Shown: piece by piece, positions 59,377-64,000 of the stretch
Numbering within the stretch: position 1 is the first letter of the stretch
How the letters are laid out: every line of letters begins with the position of its first letter
NCBI GenBank assembly: GCA_965198235.1
Contig: OZ240248.1
Coordinates: forward strand, 1,152,001 to 1,216,000
Reading direction: 5' to 3'
Source: Candidatus Poribacteria bacterium
GTDB lineage: Bacteria > Poribacteria > WGA-4E > WGA-3G
DNA: 64,000 nt
The notes under the pieces: model-generated
Seen by the model: only the letters and a program-made list of their open reading frames with translations
Database searches by the model: none
Told to the model about the DNA's origin: nothing
Position numbers and translations under genes: made by a program

Positions 59377-62300
59377 ATGCGAACCAATACGAGGTTGTTT
59401 TTGGCTAAGCGATATAGCCTCGCAAACATAACCCAGATCCTTTTCACTGTGTTTTTCCTTTCAATCGGCATACCTACGTTTGCGCAAGGTGTTCCACGGC
59501 TCAATTCGCTGTTTCCAGCAGGGGGGCAGCTCGGAACGACTATCGAAATCGCAATCCAAGGTTCCGATTTAGAAGGAGCACACACCCTTATTATTGACGG
59601 TGAACCCGGCATCACCGCCCAACTTCATCCTGGTGGCGGCGCCGTTGATGACACGTATAAGCCCGTCTTTGAGGCGAATTGTGGGCAATGTCATGAACTC
59701 CGATCTCCAAATAACCGATCAATGACGCCAGCACAGTGGGAAACCACTGTCCGACGGATGGTTACAGAGAAAGGCGCAGAGATCAATGCAGAAGCACAGT
59801 CCCAAATTATCGCTTATCTGACATCGGCGGCGAGAGCCAGTGGTGGGTTAACTGCTCAGTTGTCAATCACATCGGATGCCCCTATCGGGATGCGCGAAAT
59901 TCGGGTCGTCGGTAAACACGGCACCTCCACTGCATGGCCCTTTGAGGTGAGTCAGACAGCCGATGTCCTTGAAACAGAATCGAATAACACCCCAGAAACC
60001 GCTACCATTATTGGATTGCCAAGTCTCATCAATGGGCTAATTAATCCCAGTGGAGATGAAGATTATTACGTTTTTGAAGGAGCCAAGGGACAGCGCTGTG
60101 TGTTCAGTGTCAACGCGTATCGCCTCAATAACATTAGCCAGCAATTCTTCAATCCCACACTCTCTCTTTTCGGTGCCAAGGGAGTTGAATTGGCACGGAG
60201 TAACGGATTCTACAGTTTAGATCCACTTCTTGATATTACACTTCCTGCCGACGCTTTTTATGTATTACGCATCCGAGATTTGTTGCATCGCGGCAATCCG
60301 GATTCCGTTTATCGCTTGACAGGCGGTGTTCTCCCGTACAATACCTATCTTTTCCCCGCTGGTGGCACGCTCCCTAATGGAGAGCACTTGTCGAAAGAGG
60401 AAGCTGAACGCTTCTACGGACCTCCCACGCCTCCTGAAGCCAATATCGTTCAGTGTGTTATTGGAGGCGAGAATCTTCCCCAAACCGAATGGCAAGTTGA
60501 ATTGACCGCAGATGAACAGCTAGGACTCAAGCAGATTCGCACACCCTACGGCACTTTTCCGTTCATCGTCAACGCGCACTCGGAAGCCGTCGAAGAAAGG
60601 ATGGCAGTTCAAGCCGCACAAGAAACGAAATCCAAAGCGCGCAGCCTGAAACAAAACCGAACCGCGAGGAAAATTAGAGAGACTGAATCCGAAATCCTTT
60701 TTGAAACGAAATGCACAGCGTGCCATGAACTCCGTTCACCGAGCAATCGCGCACTCTCTGCCGAGGAATGGGAACGCACCATTACACGTATGTCGAATAA
60801 AGAGAACGCCGACATCACGCCGACCGAACGAGACCGTATCATCGTTTTCGTTGCCCAAGAAGCACAACGTTTAGCGGGACTCGTCGCACGCCAACTTGAA
60901 CACGCACAGCATCTCACGACCCCGGGCGCACTCAGCGGGCGCATCTCAGAACCCGGTGAAGTAGACTACTACCGACTTACCATTTCAGAAGGAACAAGCC
61001 TCGGTCCCTGGTGGGTGATTTTTCCGTTTGACAACAGTGACGAGACGGGGTTTGATACCGTCTATCCCCCTGAGACTGAGATAGATTTCAATAAGGAATA
61101 CATCGGCAAAGAGGGGCGAAAAATCGGGTGGTATAAGACCGATAGTGGAGGCGAAAATGTCTTCTCAAATGTCCCGGAGGACGATGTTACAGGCTATGCC
61201 TTAACCTATCTCGAATCTGACCGAGACCAGAACTATCTCTTATCCCTCGGTTCTGACGATACGATCAAGATATGGGTGAACGACCAGCTTGTTTTTAGCA
61301 AATACGTCCACCGACCGCTCCGCCGTGCCGATGATGTTATCCAACTGCCGGTCTCTAAGGGCAGAAACAAGATTCTGGTAAAAATTACCAATGGGTACGG
61401 ACCGTGGGGATTTTTCGCAGATATAGGCGGTTATTCGTTGACTGTCTCCGCAGAGCGTCTCAATTCGCCGCTGAGTCCCTCACTCACCCTACTCAATGCC
61501 CGCGGCGAGGTATTGGCAAATAATGCTGGGGTTAGCGGAAGACGTAATGCGATCATTGATTACAGTTTCGATGAACCCGGTGTGTATGCTGTTCGCATTG
61601 AGGACATCGCTGGCAATGGAGGACCAGGGTACGTTTACCATTTGGATGCACGCCCGACAACCCCAGATTTCGCTATCTCCGTAACACCCGATAACCCGAA
61701 TATCGGGCGCGGTGGGACTGTCCTATTGGAAGTGACCCTGCAACGCCGCGTCGGGTTTACAGAGCCGATACAGCTCTCCGTTGAAAACTTACCTCCCGAC
61801 ATGACTGCCAGTGAAAGTGCAATTCTCTCCGGTACGGGTGTGACACAAGGATACATAACCCTCACTGCCACTCCCGATGCCGAGTTGACGCATCGGGTCG
61901 TTCAGGTTGTTGGTGCTGTCACTACCGCCACTGGCAATGAATACCGTCGCACCGCGACACCCGTTGAAGTCTATCGCATTCAAAACAACGACCAGACTGT
62001 CCAACGGAAAAACGTTGTGGTCAGCGTTACGGAGACCGCCTCTATTGTATTATCAACGGGGTTGGAGGAGATTGTGGTAACTCCTGATGCCCCGATTGAT
62101 ATCACTGTCAAAGTTGAGCGGCAAAGCGGCAATCGACAGAACCTGAACCTAACTGCTGTCGGTCTACCCTTTGGTGTGCGGCTCCGACGGCGAACGACTG
62201 TCCTCCGAAAAAATCAAAACGAGGCTACCTTGACGCTTATGCCGAATATTATTACTGCTGGCACTACCATCAATCAGCTACGCCGTAACCCCTTCGTCGG

Positions 62301-62439
62301 TACACGCCAGACGCTTCCGTATACTGTTGTCATCAATGCCTCGATCGGTCAACGGATTGTGGCGAGCAGCCCTGCCATCAAACTCTATCTTGGAAACTCC
62401 AGAAATCCAGGTCAAGATGCGATACTGGGCGGAAATTAG
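59377..62439 (+). CDS. Secreted PPC-domain-type protein with two inserted cytochrome c domains
   Basis: FPAGGQLGT, ETESNN, GDEDYY/GEVDYY; CGQCH and CTACH each followed by ELRSP...WE.T..RM. Confidence 0.8.
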   Translation: MRTNTRLFLAKRYSLANITQILFTVFFLSIGIPTFAQGVPRLNSLFPAGGQLGTTIEIAIQGSDLEGAHTLIIDGEPGITAQLHPGGGAVDDTYKPVFEANCGQCHELRSPNNRSMTPAQWETTVRRMVTEKGAEINAEAQSQIIAYLTSAARASGGLTAQLSITSDAPIGMREIRVVGKHGTSTAWPFEVSQTADVLETESNNTPETATIIGLPSLINGLINPSGDEDYYVFEGAKGQRCVFSVNAYRLNNISQQFFNPTLSLFGAKGVELARSNGFYSLDPLLDITLPADAFYVLRIRDLLHRGNPDSVYRLTGGVLPYNTYLFPAGGTLPNGEHLSKEEAERFYGPPTPPEANIVQCVIGGENLPQTEWQVELTADEQLGLKQIRTPYGTFPFIVNAHSEAVEERMAVQAAQETKSKARSLKQNRTARKIRETESEILFETKCTACHELRSPSNRALSAEEWERTITRMSNKENADITPTERDRIIVFVAQEAQRLAGLVARQLEHAQHLTTPGALSGRISEPGEVDYYRLTISEGTSLGPWWVIFPFDNSDETGFDTVYPPETEIDFNKEYIGKEGRKIGWYKTDSGGENVFSNVPEDDVTGYALTYLESDRDQNYLLSLGSDDTIKIWVNDQLVFSKYVHRPLRRADDVIQLPVSKGRNKILVKITNGYGPWGFFADIGGYSLTVSAERLNSPLSPSLTLLNARGEVLANNAGVSGRRNAIIDYSFDEPGVYAVRIEDIAGNGGPGYVYHLDARPTTPDFAISVTPDNPNIGRGGTVLLEVTLQRRVGFTEPIQLSVENLPPDMTASESAILSGTGVTQGYITLTATPDAELTHRVVQVVGAVTTATGNEYRRTATPVEVYRIQNNDQTVQRKNVVVSVTETASIVLSTGLEEIVVTPDAPIDITVKVERQSGNRQNLNLTAVGLPFGVRLRRRTTVLRKNQNEATLTLMPNIITAGTTINQLRRNPFVGTRQTLPYTVVINASIGQRIVASSPAIKLYLGNSRNPGQDAILGGN

Positions 62440-62485
62440 GCTTTAAGGTGCCGCGGCAAACTAACGAAAAAATCGTAATTTCTAT

Positions 62486-62834
62486 TTGACAAACCTCGTT
62501 TTCTGTGATATTCTATATATCCTTGCAAAATAAATTTGACATTTATCGTTTTTTGTAGTATACTTAACTTCTGTTGCAAAATAAATTTGACATCTTTGGG
62601 GTTTTGTGGTATACTTAATCTCACGTCGATTGAAATTCCGAAAAATTCGCGTTTTTGGCAAGTCTTCGCAAAATAAATTTGACATTTTCGGATTTTTGTG
62701 GTATACTTAAAAACGTCTTGTGTGCCAGTTACTCAATTAGGAGTGTCGGTTGAAAAACCGAAAGTGAGGTGCAACTCCTCCCTGGTAGATTTTAGAAGAT
62801 AAATTTGACATTTGTATCGTGATTGTGGTATACT
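62486..62834 (+). promoter_or_regulatory. Array of five tandem sigma70 promoters
   Basis: TTGACA at 62486, 62536, 62587, 62679, 62805, each followed after 17-18 nt by TATTCT or TATACT. Confidence 0.9.
62724..62787 (+). ncRNA. Degenerate tRNA-like element (Phe/GAA-like pseudo-tRNA)
   Basis: GCCAG/CTGGT acceptor, ACTC/GAGT D stem, TCGGT/ACCGA stem around TGAAAA, GAGG-TGCAACT-CCTC T arm. Confidence 0.55.
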
Positions 62835-62850
62835 TAAGAACGTGCCACAT

Positions 62851-62923
62851 GGGGGTGTAGCTCAGCTGGGAGAGCAACTGCTTTGCACGCAGTAGGTCAG
62901 CGGTTCAACTCCGCTCATCTCCA
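62851..62923 (+). tRNA. tRNA-Ala(TGC)
   Basis: Cloverleaf, G3:U70, ACTGC-TTTGCAC-GCAGT anticodon arm; CCA not encoded. Confidence 0.96.
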
Positions 62924-62957
62924 TCGCCTATAAGCGTAATACGCTATAAATAGGCAT

Positions 62958-62970
62958 TGTTCTTTGACAA
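62958..62970 (+). promoter_or_regulatory. rRNA antitermination boxA
   Basis: TGTTCTTTGACAA between the tRNA and 23S. Confidence 0.7.
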
Positions 62971-63010
62971 TTGTATATAGAGGGTAAATCGGTAGAAAAA
63001 ATTATGATGT

Positions 63011-64000
<990 letters not shown>

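Noticed and set aside
62520-62840. Possible CRISPR array (repeats with variable spacers)
   Set aside because: The repeats are -35/-10 boxes at 17-18 nt spacing, the period is irregular and no cas genes are present

Overview
Bacterial chromosome window, most likely Candidatus Poribacteria (inferred from secreted LamG and lamin-tail proteins ending in a GKLATxW(G/A)xLK tail). In order it holds: (i) 0.2-9 kb, a Nitrospira-type cytochrome bd-like (CydA-only) cluster with c-type cytochromes and two cupredoxin-like proteins; (ii) 9-19.5 kb, an ABC-2 exporter and a complete A1-type aa3 cytochrome c oxidase cluster; (iii) 19.6-25 kb, a USP/PCP_red, Mrp and Zn-ribbon/PCP_red module; (iv) 25-47 kb, accessory genes including a frameshifted Rpn nuclease, secreted proteins, oxidoreductases, an S8 peptidase, a DAG kinase and an acyl-CoA synthetase; (v) 47.5-55 kb, an arc-dop-ubact-prcB-prcA-pafA proteasome operon; (vi) a TnpB-only IS200/IS605 element broken by a micro-insert; (vii) DUF1501, WD40 and PPC/cytochrome c genes; (viii) five tandem sigma70 promoters, a tRNA-like relic, tRNA-Ala and the 5' end of a 23S rRNA with no 16S in front. 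The most striking unexplained signal is a dense set of nested 17-150 nt repeats. One family ends in TTAAAA immediately before the start codon of about 11 genes, supplies the RBS/ATG of others and inserts in-frame into proteins. At five genes the gene start itself is directly duplicated. All calls are by eye from motifs; no database search was run.
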